Below are positions 12,838 through 28,699 of a stretch of DNA of 64,000 nucleotides, in pieces. Below the pieces are notes generated by a model. The model had not been told where the DNA came from. It saw nothing but the letters and a program-made list of their open reading frames with translations, and searched no databases. The stretch lies in assembly GCF_009914755.1 (NCBI RefSeq), contig NC_060934.1. One strand, given 5' to 3'. The position numbers were made by a program, and so were the translations under genes. Numbering within the stretch: position 1 is the first letter of the stretch; each line of letters opens with the position of its first letter. Source of the DNA: the human T2T-CHM13v2.0 reference genome, Homo sapiens.

Positions 12838-13110
12838 GGCTGGGCGTGATGGCTCATTTCTGTAATCTCAGCACTTTGGGAGGGTCGCTTGAAGCCAGGA
12901 GTTTGGGACCAGCCTGGGCAACATGGCGAGACTGTCTGTACAAAAAATGTAAAAGTAAGCTGGATGTGGTGGCATGTGCCTGTAGTCCCAGCTACTTGGA
13001 AGGCTAAGGTGGGAGGATCCTTTGAGCCTAGGAGTTCAAGGCTACAGTGAGCTACAATCATACCGCTGCACTTCAGCCTGGGCAACAAAGTGAGACCCTG
13101 TCTCTAAAAA
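12838..13110 (+). mobile_element. AluJ with small left-arm deletion, within an old L1ME fragment
   Basis: ggctgggcgtgatggctca...gaggatcctttgagcctaggagttcaaggctacagtgagc...A tail. Confidence 0.9.
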
Positions 13111-13489
13111 AGAAAGCAAAAAACTGGAAACAACCTAAATGGGAACTGTTAAATAACTATTCAAAACCTGGTCTTTCTAGGGACAGTATTGGCAAGATGG
13201 GGTGCCTGCTGTAAATGCATTCTCAGGTCCCAAGGTAGACCAGTGAACCAGAATCTAAGGTAATTTAAATGCACATTAAGATTTGAGAAGCCCTGAACCA
13301 GCCTACAGCTGTTTACCAAATTATTTAAAAATAAGTTTACAGTGACTGTATAGTAAGTCTAGATTGTAAGCATATTCCTCTATTAAGAGAAAAAAACAGG
13401 AAACACAATGTTTGGTATAATTATAACTGTTTTACAAACACTATGTGCAGAAAAAGTCTAGAATGTAACATATTAAATGTTAACAGGGT

Positions 13490-13865
13490 TAGCTTGGAAA
13501 TTGGTAGGCTTTCTTCCACTCTCTGTCCTGGTGTGGCTTCCCTTCCTTTCCTTTGGCCAGAAAGAGAGGGATTCCCTTGGAGCTCTGTCTGCACCCAGAG
13601 TGCAATTCTGGGATGTGCACTGCCTTTGAAATCAGGCAGGAAATGTGAATGGAAAAAAGAAAAGAAAAGAACAAAATGAAACAGGAAACTCTGGACTGGG
13701 TCTTTCATACCTTGCATTTTGGTTTCCTTCCTCCATCTGCCCACTATCATTTGCTTTTGATTCCTCAAATAGCTGATCCATATATTCTGCCCAGTGTTTT
13801 TTGGCTGCATTCAGTGTGAAAGAAAGATGGAGTGTGCTTACTCCATTATAACTGGAATTGAAACC
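13490..13865 (-). mobile_element. L1M (L1MC/MD-like) 5' region fragment
   Basis: gctgcattcagtgtgaaagaaagatggagtgtgcttactccatt resembles a reversed L1M 5' end. Confidence 0.5.
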
Positions 13866-14171
13866 TTGCCTATCAGTAGCTTTTGAATGTCTATTTTTGA
13901 AAGCAGAGATAATTTAAGGGAGACATAAAAACTTTCAGTGGATACTACAAAGCTGTGACAAGAAAGTCTCATATCTACACCACTATGTGCATTATGGTTT
14001 CCCAGGGTCACAGAAAACCAATAACCAGTAAAAACAGGCAATATTCTTCAAATTCTAATGAACTACCAAGAAATTAGGTAAATTGGCCAAATCACTTACA
14101 CAATACCAAAGCACAGAAAAAAAGAGCAGAAGGAAGAGGGAAAGGCTTTTGAATGAGACACACTATCAGGT

Positions 14172-15308
14172 ACATTTAGAACCAGTGAGCCTTTGGTTAT
14201 GAAAGACACAGGTTTCCCAGTATTTTTTCAGTGCTAACATAATGTACTGATGACAGTCAGTTTGCCATCATTCAGTTTGCAGATGGCTTAGAGCACTGGC
14301 TTTTTCTAACTACATTTGCAGAGCAGGGGCACTGACTGTACTTCAGCCCCATTAGGAGGAAGGGGGTAACCTAGAACTAAAACCCATCAAATAATGCTGC
14401 ACAAATTAATGGCTTTCATAGCTTTGACAGCTTTGGTATAGCTTTGTTGAAGAGCTGAAAGTGAGTACTAAGGAGCAGAAATGCGATTTAAAATAAGCAT
14501 TGACAATCGCTAATGCTGCAGCCTAGAGCAGCCCAGGAAAGTCAGCAAGGCAGACCCTATCTGCTGTAGGTCTCCAGTGTTGGAGCCGAGCCTAGAATCC
14601 AAGTCCTCTGACTATTTAAATGTGCTATTTACAAAACTATATGCTGCCTTGTGCACAGCTTGGCCCTCACAAGCTTGGATAAACCAGGAACTTGATACAT
14701 ACAAAGGAACTTTTCCTTCAGCAGCCTAGGTACCTTGCAGAAGTAATATTATACTATTCCAACTACCATGAACAGCCAGACATTTTCTCAAAGTCCCTCT
14801 CTCCCTCCTATTAAGGTAAATTATTTTGTTCTGTTCCCAAAGAGCAGTCTTCCTCCAGAATAGAAAATTCATTATCATCCACAAAATGCTAAAAAGGCTG
14901 CTGTTAAAACACTCAGACCAAAGACCAAATCCAATACACGAATCAAGTAACAGGATCAGGAGGAGGAATGGTAGAATCCTCATCAATCTGCATCTTCAGC
15001 AGCCTGCAACTGAGAAACACACCTTACACACTGTGGTGTCCCTCAACATCAACTTCCCAAGTGGCCCAAAACAGCAAAACTATGCCACTTCCCCAATTTC
15101 AACTGGCATGTAACAGCCCTCCTAACCGTGACACTTAGAACTAGTGAGCTTTTGGCTATGAAAAAAGAGGTTTCCCCAAGTATTTTTCAATGCTAACACC
15201 ATGTGCTCATGAACAGAAAATTCATTTCATCCATGAAATGCCAAAAATGCTGCTCTTAAACACTCAAATCAAAGACCAGATCTGATAAAGGAATCAAGCA
15301 GCAGAATT
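14172..15308. repeat. Diverged local duplication A..B..A'B'
   Basis: 14172-14256 ~ 15131-15216 and 14862-14957 ~ 15215-15308. Confidence 0.85.
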
Positions 15309-15949
15309 ATTGTAAGTTATGAAATGTCCTTTAGCCTGACTTTGTAGTCCCCACCAGGAAGGTAATGTGTTTGAAAGTGTGATGAATGCTTTAGATTTCA
15401 AAGCAGCAATGAAGAGGCTCAAAGCTGCCTCTTACAATTTCTCCGGCCTTATTTTACTGTTGGTCAGTAAAAACATGACTTACAGGGTAGTTTTACAAAA
15501 TAAAACAATATCTTTTGTTTGTACACAGATTCCAACATTTTAGCAGTGTTTTCCCATCAGTTATCTCACTGTATCTTCACAAGCTTGTCAGTTGGTGAGC
15601 GTAGTTGTTACTATGCCCATTTAAAAGAGTGGCTTACCGACCAGTACATGAGGTCACACAGAGTGACTCAGTTGGGTTCAGAGCCCAAATGTCTTACCTC
15701 TGAGCTAAACAATCTTGCCTTTAGGTCCCTGGAAAACACCTGCTATTGTTGCAAACACCTTTCCAAATAACAAGGACAATACCCAAGGCTGGACAATTTC
15801 TCCAGGTTTACTTTTTGTTGTTCTTGTTGTTGTTCTAATGAAATTTAACCAATTTTAAATATGTCATTTATTAATACACGATTGAATAGCTAAAACAACA
15901 TTTATTCACTATTCACTAACTATTTTTCGTAAGCTTAGTTTTTATTTAA

Positions 15950-16600
<651 letters not shown>

Positions 16601-17379
16601 TAAAAGTGATTGCTAAAATAAAGTGTTATACAAATTTCAGGCAGCATTACTTAACAATCCAAGTTAGGTCCATCTTTTGGGGGGTTCTTAAGGGAGAACT
16701 CAATGCCTAACAGTCAGCAAGTGAAATCTGGATGATTCTCCTTAAATATAGATCCCTGCCGGACGCTCACTGGTGGCCATCTCTTGATCACTCAAGAGAC
16801 TTTTATGTGTTCTCTATACATATAGTAATCACTCCACTCCTGGAAAGATGTGGTTTTTACTCACAAATATTATGCCCACCACAACTGATCTAAAGGACAA
16901 GAGATTTTACTCCTCTTAGAATTCATACATACAACTTTTAAAATAGACTTTTCCCTTCACTCGGCTGTGAAGAATCTGGCTGTCTACATTTCTCCATTCT
17001 CAAATGTACTCATCAATTCCTATACTAGGCAGACTTGTTTTAGGGATAGGGGGTGTCTCTAAGCAATTATCAGCAATAAAACACTAATCTCCCACCAGCC
17101 CCTCCTTCCCTCCATCAAAAAAAACTTTTAAATTTTGTTGTAGTCTCTAACCGGAAGACTTATCAAAGGCTTGATAAAATCTTAAATAAAGGTCAGCTAT
17201 GGATTTCTATTACCCATATTCTTATTTGTCACATTAAAGAAATCCAGCATTTCAGTCAGGCAAGATTTCCCTTTAACAAAATCACATCTCCTTTAAGTGT
17301 TGGAGGATCCTTCAGTCTACCTGGTCAGGAAGTGAGATTTGCCACCAAAAAAAAAAAAAAAAAAAATTGCCCTTGGCTT

Positions 17380-18200
17380 TTTAGTTTGAAAAATTATAAA
17401 TGTGAAAAAGTAGCAAGTGAGCACCTGTAGACACTTCATTTTGGCTCATTAATTATCAAGATTGTATCACATTTTCTTCTCCTTTCTCTCACTTTTTTTC
17501 CTGGGTCCCTTGGGAAGAAGTCGAATAAATTAAAACACCTCACATCTAAACACAGTAACAAGGGCATTCTCTTCTAAAATCACACTTATGAAATTTAACA
17601 ATTATATAATACTACCATACTTAAAAAACAGTCCATATTCAAACTACTCGATAGTGTCAACAATGTCCTTTAGAGCTTCTTTCCCCAGTCTAGGTTCCAA
17701 TCAGAGAATACACATTGAGGTTACTTATCATGCCCTGATTTCTTCTTAGTCTACTACAGTTTGTCAGTCTTTTTTTCCCCATGACACTGAAGAGTCCAAT
17801 CCAGTTTCTTTATAGAATATTGCTTGATTTGGTTTTATCTGAATGTTGCCTTCTGTTTAAATCCAGCTTAAACACTGTTGGCAGGAGTATTCCCGAGATG
17901 ATGCTGTATCCCTCTCAGTGCATCACATTCAGAAGCACCTGATGTCATTTGTCCTTCTACTGGTTTGTTCACTTGACTATGCGAGTGTCTACTGTATTTC
18001 TCCACTAAATACATACCTTTGCCCCTTTATAATTAATAAGCAATCTGTTATTTTTTAAAATTATGTAAATATTATGATCGCCAACCTTTCACACAAGGGC
18101 CTTAGCATCCAGTGATGATTCTAAATTATAATACTTGAATTATTACTGTAGTGGTTGCAAAATAGTAATTTTTTATTTCTAAAATTTCTCTTATTAGTTT
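17380..18200 (-). mobile_element. Old L1MC-like 3' fragment
   Basis: T-rich sequence resembling a reversed L1MC 3' UTR (tatccctctcagtgcatcaca...atgtcatttgtcc). Confidence 0.45.
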
Positions 18201-20736
18201 TATGATTAGTAACTATATATTAGTTATTTAGAGTCATACATGGTTAGCTCTGAGGTTTTTTAGAATTCCCCAGTGAATGCTTTCTGACTCTGGTTACCTC
18301 TTCATACCAGATGGCTTCTGCCATGTGGATCATCTTTCTCACCTTCCCAATGCCTCCCAAACATGTCCCCCACTCTGCCCTGGTCTAGGCCTTCCTCATC
18401 TCTAATTCAGAAATCCATGCAGAAGCATCATCCGTCTCCCTCACGTGAGTACCAAGAACAGATACTTGGCTAGTCTTCTTGCCTTTGCCACTCAGTACCT
18501 ATAAGACATTAGGCTGGTCACATAACTCTGAACCAACTGCAATTTTATCCCACTCACTGTTATAAAAATTAAATAAAAACACAACATTTGAATTCGTATC
18601 TGGCACAAAACAGGTGCATATAATTTGATACTACTTAAGTCTACTTCCCTCCTTCCCTCCCAAATACCCTACTATCTCTATCAATGGAGAGAGATGCTTC
18701 TAAAGACAGATGTGATCAAATAATGCCCCTGCTAAAACTTTTCCTGGCTTCCTATTGCCTATAGATAGAACCACGACTCCTTAGTTGGGTGTCAAGGCCC
18801 TTTAAAATCTTCCCACAAGATTGACTGCCTGTCTGGAGTCATCTCTGGCCACTTGCTCCATAAGATCCCATGTCCAGATACATCTAACTTGACCTTATTC
18901 CCCAATTCCCTTCCATACCCGTTGTTTCCTCCACCTGGAACCCTTCCTCCCTCTATCTCCACTTGGCAAACTCCTATTCCTCCTTTGAGATTGGGCTCAG
19001 AGGCACATCCACAGGGCAGCTCATGCTCCCAGCAGAGGTGCCTCCGGTGTCTGTGCATCCATGGCAAATGGCTCTGCAAATCTACTACAGGGAGTCAGAG
19101 GGGGATCTGGGGATTACATTTCTGTCTCTTTCACAGCTTCTGGATGCCCAGAGGGAGAAGGCGCTTGTCTTATATATTGTGTGTCCTCAAAATTTACCAG
19201 TATGCCCACATAGGGCAGGTTCTCTAGAAACGTTTGCTCAGGAAATAAACAAGCTTCTTGACTATCAAATGAAATCACATCAACAATCTGCCTGTCTCAC
19301 ATTCTGGGAAAGTGGTTTCTTCCTTTTAGTAAGAAAGCCTTTAGAAAGGCTAGAGTTTATACAATAATGTAAAAATTCATACATCAAATGTTAAATATAA
19401 GGAGATATGAATAATAAATGCATAGACAGCACCATCAGAATCATGTAAAAAATGCATACATAAGGAACTAATATACTGAATTGTTAATAGTAGATAGGGT
19501 CATGAGTGGTTCTAAAATCTTCCTCTTTTTGTAGTCTTTCAATATATCTTTAAAGAATGTATGGTTTATTTAAAATGAAAACATCTCTTTTTAAGTGACA
19601 GAGAGAAGTTATTTAGAACATTGCTATCTTTAATCACTGAAAAAGGAAGAGAACAGCAGCAATGAGAGAAAAGGAGAAGCAAAGAACAGATTTAGGATGG
19701 GAAACGTTACTGGAAAGTATATGCAAGAAGCAGAAAAAAAAGAATTGAGAACAAACGAAAAGGAAAATTTTAATGACAATCAGAAACTGGAAGACAAGCA
19801 GAAAATTATCCAAAATCAAGCATTGACAATTTAAGTTGCACACCATCCAACAGGATGGCAGGAAGTTATTTTGGTAATGGAACACAAGCCATATCCTGAA
19901 ATACTGATAAGGTTAGCAGGAGCTAATCAGAATATCAAACTTTGTCAGTGTAGAGGGCACCTGGAATACTCTAACTGCTACTCAGGAAAGTAAGAAAGAA
20001 CTGAAGAAGGCCATAACATCCTAAAGAGCAATGAGTCCGTTGCCTTATAAGACTGAACTTGTGCCAGCATAGGGACCCGTTAGGCTGATGGTTGACATTA
20101 CAGTTCAGCAGCAAGTCAAAGGAGGTGGTTTCATCTTTCTAATCTGTGCATTGCAGAAAAGCTGACAGTGGCAGAGAAGAATATGAAGGCTGTTCTGCTG
20201 TTGCATTTGTATTATATTGATCCACTGAGCGATCAACCTCAGATGCCACCCAGACATAACCCTGTCCAAAAATGGGCTGTGTTCACTTATGTCAGAGGCA
20301 AAAATTAAAACAAAACAAAACATGTTTTTCAAGTTCAAGAGAATCATTTCACTGAAAACTCCACATTGGATTAATGCACTAGCCAGCTGAGTGTCCCTGT
20401 CTTAATGTACTCTCTCTCTTCTCAAAGGTTTTCAAATCTAAGGTCACCATGGAGACCACAAAACACGCCCAAACATGCATCTCATTTTACTGTTTAGTCA
20501 CTATTAGATTAACTCATCTGATTATGAAAATGAGAGTCGAAAACAGTGCAAGTTATTTCTTCTCTTCTATTAGCATTAGGCTGCCTGTTTATCTGGGATT
20601 TTTTATTTTAAGGAGTTTGTTAAAACAGGAAAAACCTTACCAACGGGAAGCTTACAACACCAAAGAATTCTCAAATATTCTGCCCCTTTTCTAAAGAAAC
20701 CAGTATCATAAACAGTTGTAAAAAGATGAGAAGAGG

Positions 20737-21048
<312 letters not shown>

Positions 21049-22969
21049 GATAAGAAGAGGTTGTTTTCAGGATGGAACACACGGTCTTTGGAGCTATGAT
21101 GAGAGTAACATGGGCTAATCAAGGTATCAAAAATTTGGCAGCCTCCAGTGTAAGCCATGCACATGTATACCACCATGGGATATGCCAGAAATTTGCAATC
21201 TAGAAACTGAACACATCCACTTCCCTTTTCACTTCCTTTTCCCAGTGGCTTATTATTGCTGCAGAAACATTTATGGGAAGCCTACTTTTCCTCACAGCCT
21301 GATCATCTCATAGGATTATTATTTCTCTGAGCCATTATATTTTGTGAAGAGTATACTGCCATCGAGTGAATGAACAATAAGACCAATTTTTATAATCACT
21401 ACTGTATACTTGTTGAAACATTTTTCTTAGGAGCTGCACATTTTGAGTACTGGCATTAAGGGAAGCATTAAGTACACTAATTACGGCATTTTAATGGCAT
21501 AGTGAAACCAAGTTTAAGTTCACATGACTGTATTAAGCAGGAAGTCATATTCTAAAGCTCAACTCTCCTCCCTTACAGTTTAGTGATATTGAGTAACTGT
21601 CAGAGTATCCACCAAGTGACAGGCCTTAATTGGTATCTCAAATAATAGAATATCCAATTCTGGAAGCACTGTGCTTTCTGTAACTTGTTTCTGGGCCTTT
21701 TCATCCATATCCACAGCTTTAACCACCATCCAGAATATGATGATTCACAAATATTTATTTTCCAGCCTGATGTTTCCCTCAGCTTTAGACTATATTGCTA
21801 ACTATCTTGGACATCACCACTTAGATATCTCACAGATACTTTAAACTCTGTGTTTAATCCAACTCATTAACTCTCATTTCCTCTATACCATGTCATTATA
21901 CCAGTGTAAAATCCAGCCCTTGGAATCTTTCCCTATTCTCATTCCCTGCATGAAATCTATTATCAAGTTGTATCAATTTGGTCTCTTAAATATTGCTCAA
22001 GTCTGTTTCTTCCTCTCCATCCATCCTTAGGGCCAGTAGCTTAGCTTGAGGCCCTTATCACAGCATTTTACACATTTATTACATAAGTTACAAATTTAAA
22101 CTAACAGATTTTAAGGTGTTTTCCACAAAGGTAGGAACTATATCTACCTTCCTCATGCCTCATACTCTAGCACCCAAAGCACAGTAGGTCCCTAATGTAT
22201 GTTTGTTAAATCAGTTCTCACTGGATAAATAAGAGTCTAGGGGTTGAAGCATGATGACAATACTAAGTCCTCTTCTTACTTCTGTATAGTGCGTTACACC
22301 CACAGAGCCCCTAGAAACTGTCTCCTTCCACACCTATAACTCCTTAAGACAGATTTCAAAAAGCATCATTAGCTCTGCTTTGCCATTTAGGGAGGGAACT
22401 GAGGCTCTGAAAAGTTAAATGACTTGCCCAATGCTAGTAAGTGGTTGTGTAAGACTGTCTTAACCTTAACTTTAGTGTTCTTTTTACTATTAGGTAAGTT
22501 TGTATTTTTACAGGGGCAATTAAGTTCCCTCTCTGTACAATGGTTCAGAGAGAGATGGAAGATTCAGTGGCGATGATGTTCAGACATCAAATAGAACTTT
22601 GGCCTGAGTGACTTTTAATAAGGTTCCTCTCACTTCTGATTCCCTTAGCCCTAGGTATGATTCTAAAGTAGGCAAAGCTGTCCTCTGAGGCTTCTCTCCA
22701 GTGTCACCCTTTTCTGTCTTCAGATACTCGTTCTCAGTGGAGGATTCTAGCCCTTGCCTGACCACTGAATTTCTTAAGCTTGATCTGCCATCCAAGAGGC
22801 AGCACCAAGCCTTCGAAGCCTTTCCCAACTCTTGTGCCTAGCTTCAGAAGTCTTTCTATTCCACCTGGCAAATATTCTGTTAACAAGCTAAAATTGAATC
22901 TAATTAAGTCTGCAGAACCAACTTTCTATTCAGAGGAAACATAGAGCGACACAAGTCACTTGACACCAC

Positions 22970-23470
22970 AAAGAAACAAATGGATAAATCCAGAAAGTGG
23001 GATATTCTGTAGGACTATTAATCTAATGTCTACAGGCTACTGGTAGAGGGGTGAAAGGAAGAAAGGACTGCTTTAGAATTATAGACTTAAAAGACAGAAC
23101 AAGTAAATGTAATATAAAGATTTTGGACCCTAATTTATACAAACCAACTGTAAAAAAAGGAAAAGCATTTTAAGACAATCAGGATATCGCATCAACTTGT
23201 AATTGCTGATATCACAGAATTACTATTAATTTTGTTGAACACCAATAGCATTATGGTTTTGTACTAAAATGTTCACAGTTTTTAGATGCGTACTAAAGTA
23301 TGTGGAGGTGAAATGACGTTACCTGGGAGTTGTTTTAAATACTTCAAAAAGAAAAAAGAAAGGAAACAAATGTTGCAAATCTTGATAATTATTGAATCTG
23401 AGTGTTGGGTTTATGGGAGTTCCTTATAGCAGTTGGGATACATGTGAAAGTTTTCAGAATAAAAAAGTGT
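22970..23470 (+). mobile_element. L1ME/MC 3' end
   Basis: ataaatccagaaagtgggatattct...aaaccaactgtaaaa...ttgaatctgagtgttgggtttatgggagttc. Confidence 0.55.
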
Positions 23471-25403
23471 ATTCTAAATCCTTTCTTCCAAGAGTCTTAT
23501 TCTACAAAATTAGATTTTGTAGTAATTAGATTTAATGAGTTTTAACTAGTATTTTTTTCTAAGGTGTGCTAATATTTCACCTCCTACTGTTTAAGATTCT
23601 AGTTTCCAGAAGATCCTCATAGAATGAGGGCCCTAGTTGGGATTTCTGGCAACACAATAAATGAGCAACACGTTTGAGTTTGGCTTTTGTGAACAGTTCC
23701 TGCTGCTACTTCTGTGTTTACGAAGAAAACCCACAAGCTATTCTTAGGCAAAGAATTTTGGTTAGATATGTTGATGACTCAAGCTGACTATGTAAGAACC
23801 AATGGCTCACCAAGTATGGGCTTGCCAGCAACTGGTGGAGCTACAGTAGTCCTCAAGAAGAAACAAGTTTAGAACCAGAGTAGGGAGAAAGGCTACATGG
23901 TATGGCCCCTCAATACTGGATCCATCTTCAACATGTGCTTGGCCAGAACCTACATCTACCTACCCCTTGGTAGCAAAATTTCCCAATGCACAGACTTTTT
24001 TAAGGAGCTGAATTAAACTTAGGTGAATATCCTAAACTGTCAGTTTACTGCTGAGAACATGCTGCTTATCAAGCCAGGCTCCCAGCAAGAGTCCATATCC
24101 TTGGATTTTCAATGACAACAAGATATTCCCTATAACCCAGGAGCTACAGGTGAGTGCTTGAGAGCTTTTACAGACAATAAAAACGATGTGAAGCTGGCTT
24201 CTTTGGAAGGGCGAAAGAAACTGCAAGAAGGAGAGTGCAGGGAGGCAGGATGGCTGATAGAGAAGAGTGGAATGTTGAGAACATTGCTTTTGTATGACAG
24301 CTCTTCCAGAGGTAAGGAAGTAGTGTGTAGCAAAAAATAAAAAAAATTAAAAAAATTAAAAAATTAAAAAAAGCAAAAAGTTAAGTAAGAAATGAGCTAT
24401 CTCTGTAGGCACATATGTAAGTTTAGCAAAGAAAAGAGCCACAGGAGACATACAAATTAAAGAGATCCAAAATTTCATATGATCAAATTAAAAATCCAGA
24501 GTGAATTTTTCAGCTCTCTTTCCAAAGATTCTATCAAAGAAAACATCTCTTCTGGAGGAACAAAAGTACAAAGCAATGAGACTGAAAGTGTTTGGCTGTT
24601 TCACCCATACAGGTATAATGCAAAGAAATGATCTCAAATACATCAGAGTATACTATATTTTCTCCCACCAAAAATCAAGGAGAGAAATTAGCCTCTTTTA
24701 AAAATTCATTAAAGAGCTTTAATGTACATAAATATTTTAACAATAAAATCTGCTAATTATTTCACAGAGTTCCAACGATCACCCTAGTTAAAAATTCTTC
24801 CAAGGTAAAGGTTAGGAGGTGAAGAGTGTCATTTGAATCTGATGGAAAGGTAGAGACAATAAGAGAGGAATAAAGTTTATTTTTAAAAAGACTTCTTTGT
24901 TACTAGAGAAAATCAATAAGGCAATATATTACCCCAGAGAACAGTGATCTTATTTGGCTTGGTTGAGGACTGCAAGGAAATAGGAATACTTTCTCTTCCT
25001 GGCTCTGCTGTAGGGATTAATAGAAAGAAGGAAAATGGAAAAAATATCACTTGAAATCGAGCTCTCCCTCCGAGGGAGAGGAAGCATATAAAAGCTTCTG
25101 GATGCGTGTCAAAGAAATGAATGATATTTTAACAATTTGGCAGGAAACCAAAGAACTACACAAAGCTTAACTGCTTCCAACACACAAACTAGAACACATA
25201 TTTCCCCAGTTGGGAGGCACTGGCAGGGCTTAGAGATTCTGGGAAGGGTGGGGCTGCCTGGCCATATCATTTAGTAACATTCTCAGATAGAGGAGTGACT
25301 CCACTGTATTCTGAAGAAACGTTTTCCTGCAACCTCACTCAAAGGACCCCAGGGCAAGACAAGAAACAAACAGAAAGGGAAATTACAGCGAGGAATAGTT
25401 TAC

Positions 25404-25521
25404 CTTCGGAGAACAGTTGAAATGCATACCAGGTACTGGGAGTGTAGTTACATACATTGTAATACACCGATACAGGTACAGCGTGCCAACTATGCAGAAA
25501 AATCTTCTGCTAATAATAGAC
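25404..25521 (-). CDS. SGMS1: SGMS1 coding exon 2 (118 nt; [39 protein letters not shown])
   Basis: Acceptor tttttctAG|G completes the split AAG codon; donor AAG|gtaaac; RR-x8-Y-x2-R-x6-T SMS motif. Confidence 0.97.
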
Positions 25522-28370
25522 CTAGAAAAAGGGAAAAACAGGGCAGATTCTCAGTCAAGAAATTCTGTAGGTTCATTTACTGTAATTTTTCAATGACTCA
25601 ATAAAAACAAACCCCAAAAACTACTTGAGAACTTGAAACCAGAATGTTGTAACTATGGCTAATACCAGATTAAGACAAAGATTTTGAGAATAACGTTGTG
25701 TGGTGCTTTTTAAAAAATATATTAACTGGCCAAAAGTGCTTAAACTGGTTTATATTGCTATTAATTAGGCTTCATGAGGCCTTAAACTTGAGTTGACGTT
25801 CAACTGTCGGACATACAAGTGGAGCCCACGCTGATTGGCCAGAACCCACTCAGTATCTGTGGTTAAACATTTAGTGAGTATTTTTGCTGTCATCAAAGGA
25901 AGATCTTCAGAAAATCAGAATGATATTAGAATGAGAATTTAAAACTTTTATGCCATTTAATGAGTCAAAGACATTAAACAATTTTAGTTGTACATCCCAG
26001 AAACTGATTCTCTGAGGCAACATGATGCCAAGAACGAACCTATGGAAAAACAGCATTCAATCTCATCCCATTCCTTGACTACCACTGCAGCTTGGGATGC
26101 ACATTTACTTCTCTGAATCTCAACTTCCTAAGAAGTAAAATAGGGGTAACAACATTAGAAATGATGTCTGAAAAATTCCTACCATATAGTAGGTACAAAT
26201 GGTAGGTATCAAATGTATAGATTAAGTAGATGAATAAAAATATAAGCAAAAATTAGAAATAGTTTTATTATTATTAGGTTCTAACAAAATTATTTGATAT
26301 ATACATGTAGGTTTGTATCTATCTATATACATACACATGTATATTGAGTTAGATAACGTCTCCTAATATAAAAATTCCATGTAAGTTTGTTCAACTTAAC
26401 CTCATTAAAGTCTGGTGTATTTTTGAACAAGAACATTCTTTCTCTCTCTACCTCTCTCTTGTAGTACCACAGGCCAGAATCATGTGAGTAACCCTGTGGG
26501 TCTCCTCTTCCTTAACCTTGTGAGGAGTTCAGATTTTCCCAAACAAGGAAAATTTAGAAACAGTGGGCAGGTGTTCCTCTTAGGATCTTGGCCATTCAAT
26601 CATTATAATCATACAGTGTAGCTCCAGTCTTATGCAGGATGGGCATACCTACTGAGGTGTACTAGCCAGAGGAAAATTTGTTTCATGTGTATTTTCTGTT
26701 TTAAAAAGAGAAACAAAGATATGTCACTTGTGTGATTAAAAATTAATTTTAAAAAACCATACAATTATACTAGCATTTTATCCACATCTGCACAGCCCAT
26801 GTATGTTACTTAGGTTTTATGAGTAGAATTTGGGTGTTGGTCTCTTTACCTAGATTTAAGAAACTGGGTCAGAATTATTTACGATAGAAGCCATCTTTGC
26901 TTATTTTCTCTTAGTCAAGCTGCGTATGCCTCCTCCAGAGACATGAATTTATTCAGCATAAAGCTGTCTTGGCAATCTATATGCCTCTAATTTCAAGTAA
27001 AATACAAAGCACAATTAAATAATATAAAGAGGGACGATACTAGAGAAGAATACCAGCCTATAAATGTCTTTGCCAAGAACACCAAAAAAGAAATACCAAA
27101 GTAAATTCTACATTGTAAGACATAATGGTCATCTTTCTTTAAAAGAAAATGCCCTCCTTAGCCATCCTGCTAAAGTGAACAGAAATTATTTGCAATTTCA
27201 CTTGAACTATACAAGAAACACCTAAGTCAGCACACTTTCAAGTCTAGATCTGCTGAACTCTTTAGAGGAAGAAAAATAAAATTATTGCTTTTGCTAAAGA
27301 TTACTATCTTAAAATCACTTTGCCTGATTATTTTATGATGCACAAAAGGTACACATACTCACACACACACCACCCCAATAACTATTTCCATATTTCAAAC
27401 TTGACTTACATGTAAGTACCAACAGAAGTGATTTCAGAATTATTTAAAAATCTAAGAATGAGGTATAAAAAGATGAGAAAAGACAAATACATAAAATTGT
27501 TTTAATTAAAATACTGAAGATTCAGTCACATTTACTATTTGACTTAAAGTGAAAGAGTCAAATGACTTTGAAAACTGAAATTTGACCATTTCCATGTGAA
27601 ACTGTCAATGTTAACAATAAGGTGACAAGTTAGAAGTGGTTGTTTTTAAGAATTTTCTGCTCTTTGGCATTTAATATTTTTGAAATTAAGCTTAGAATGT
27701 CTTTGGCGTATAATGTTAAACAAGGATTTTCTACAACAAACTTTAACAGAGGATAAAAGTGTTTCAAGAAATTGTATGCACTTCTGGGCGTTCACTTCCT
27801 TAATCAAAGAATTTCATACACTTAGAATTCTTATTCACTTAAAGGTTTAAAAGTTCAAGATGTGCTTTACAAAAACTCACAAAAGAAATGTTAATGAGAT
27901 ATTGCTAGAAATTAAGCAGATGCCAACAAGAAGATGTACAGTACAATTTTCAAAATCACAACGGTGCTCCCCTCACATGGGATACACCTCTCCTTCCACA
28001 TTCAAAAGAAGCCAGTTTCCCATCTGCACACACTTGGCAAGGACTATCATTTCAGAGTCTTGTGTTTGGTCGCGTTTATCTATTTTTCTCCCAAGTGTTA
28101 GAGCACTAGGCTCATTATTACTTTTTCTGAGAGAAAAGGAAAATGTATCTGTTCAATTTGATTATAAGGAAATATGAATAAAAGTGTTAACATTTTATAG
28201 ATCATTATTAAGACTTACTAGAATAGCATGTTATGTCAAGTACATGCTAGTATTTTATTAAGCTTTTTTATATTCCTAATTTTTAAAAACATTGCTCAGA
28301 ACTTGACTAAATACTACCAGCACTAGAGTGTTTTTGGCATTTGGTACAATGATCTAAAATTCTGAAGAAA

Positions 28371-28699
<329 letters not shown>

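Noticed and set aside
17347-17366. Isolated poly-A runs (also ~2474, ~10524, ~36072, ~57883)
   Set aside because: No attached retrocopy body or TSD recognised; treated as simple mononucleotide repeats
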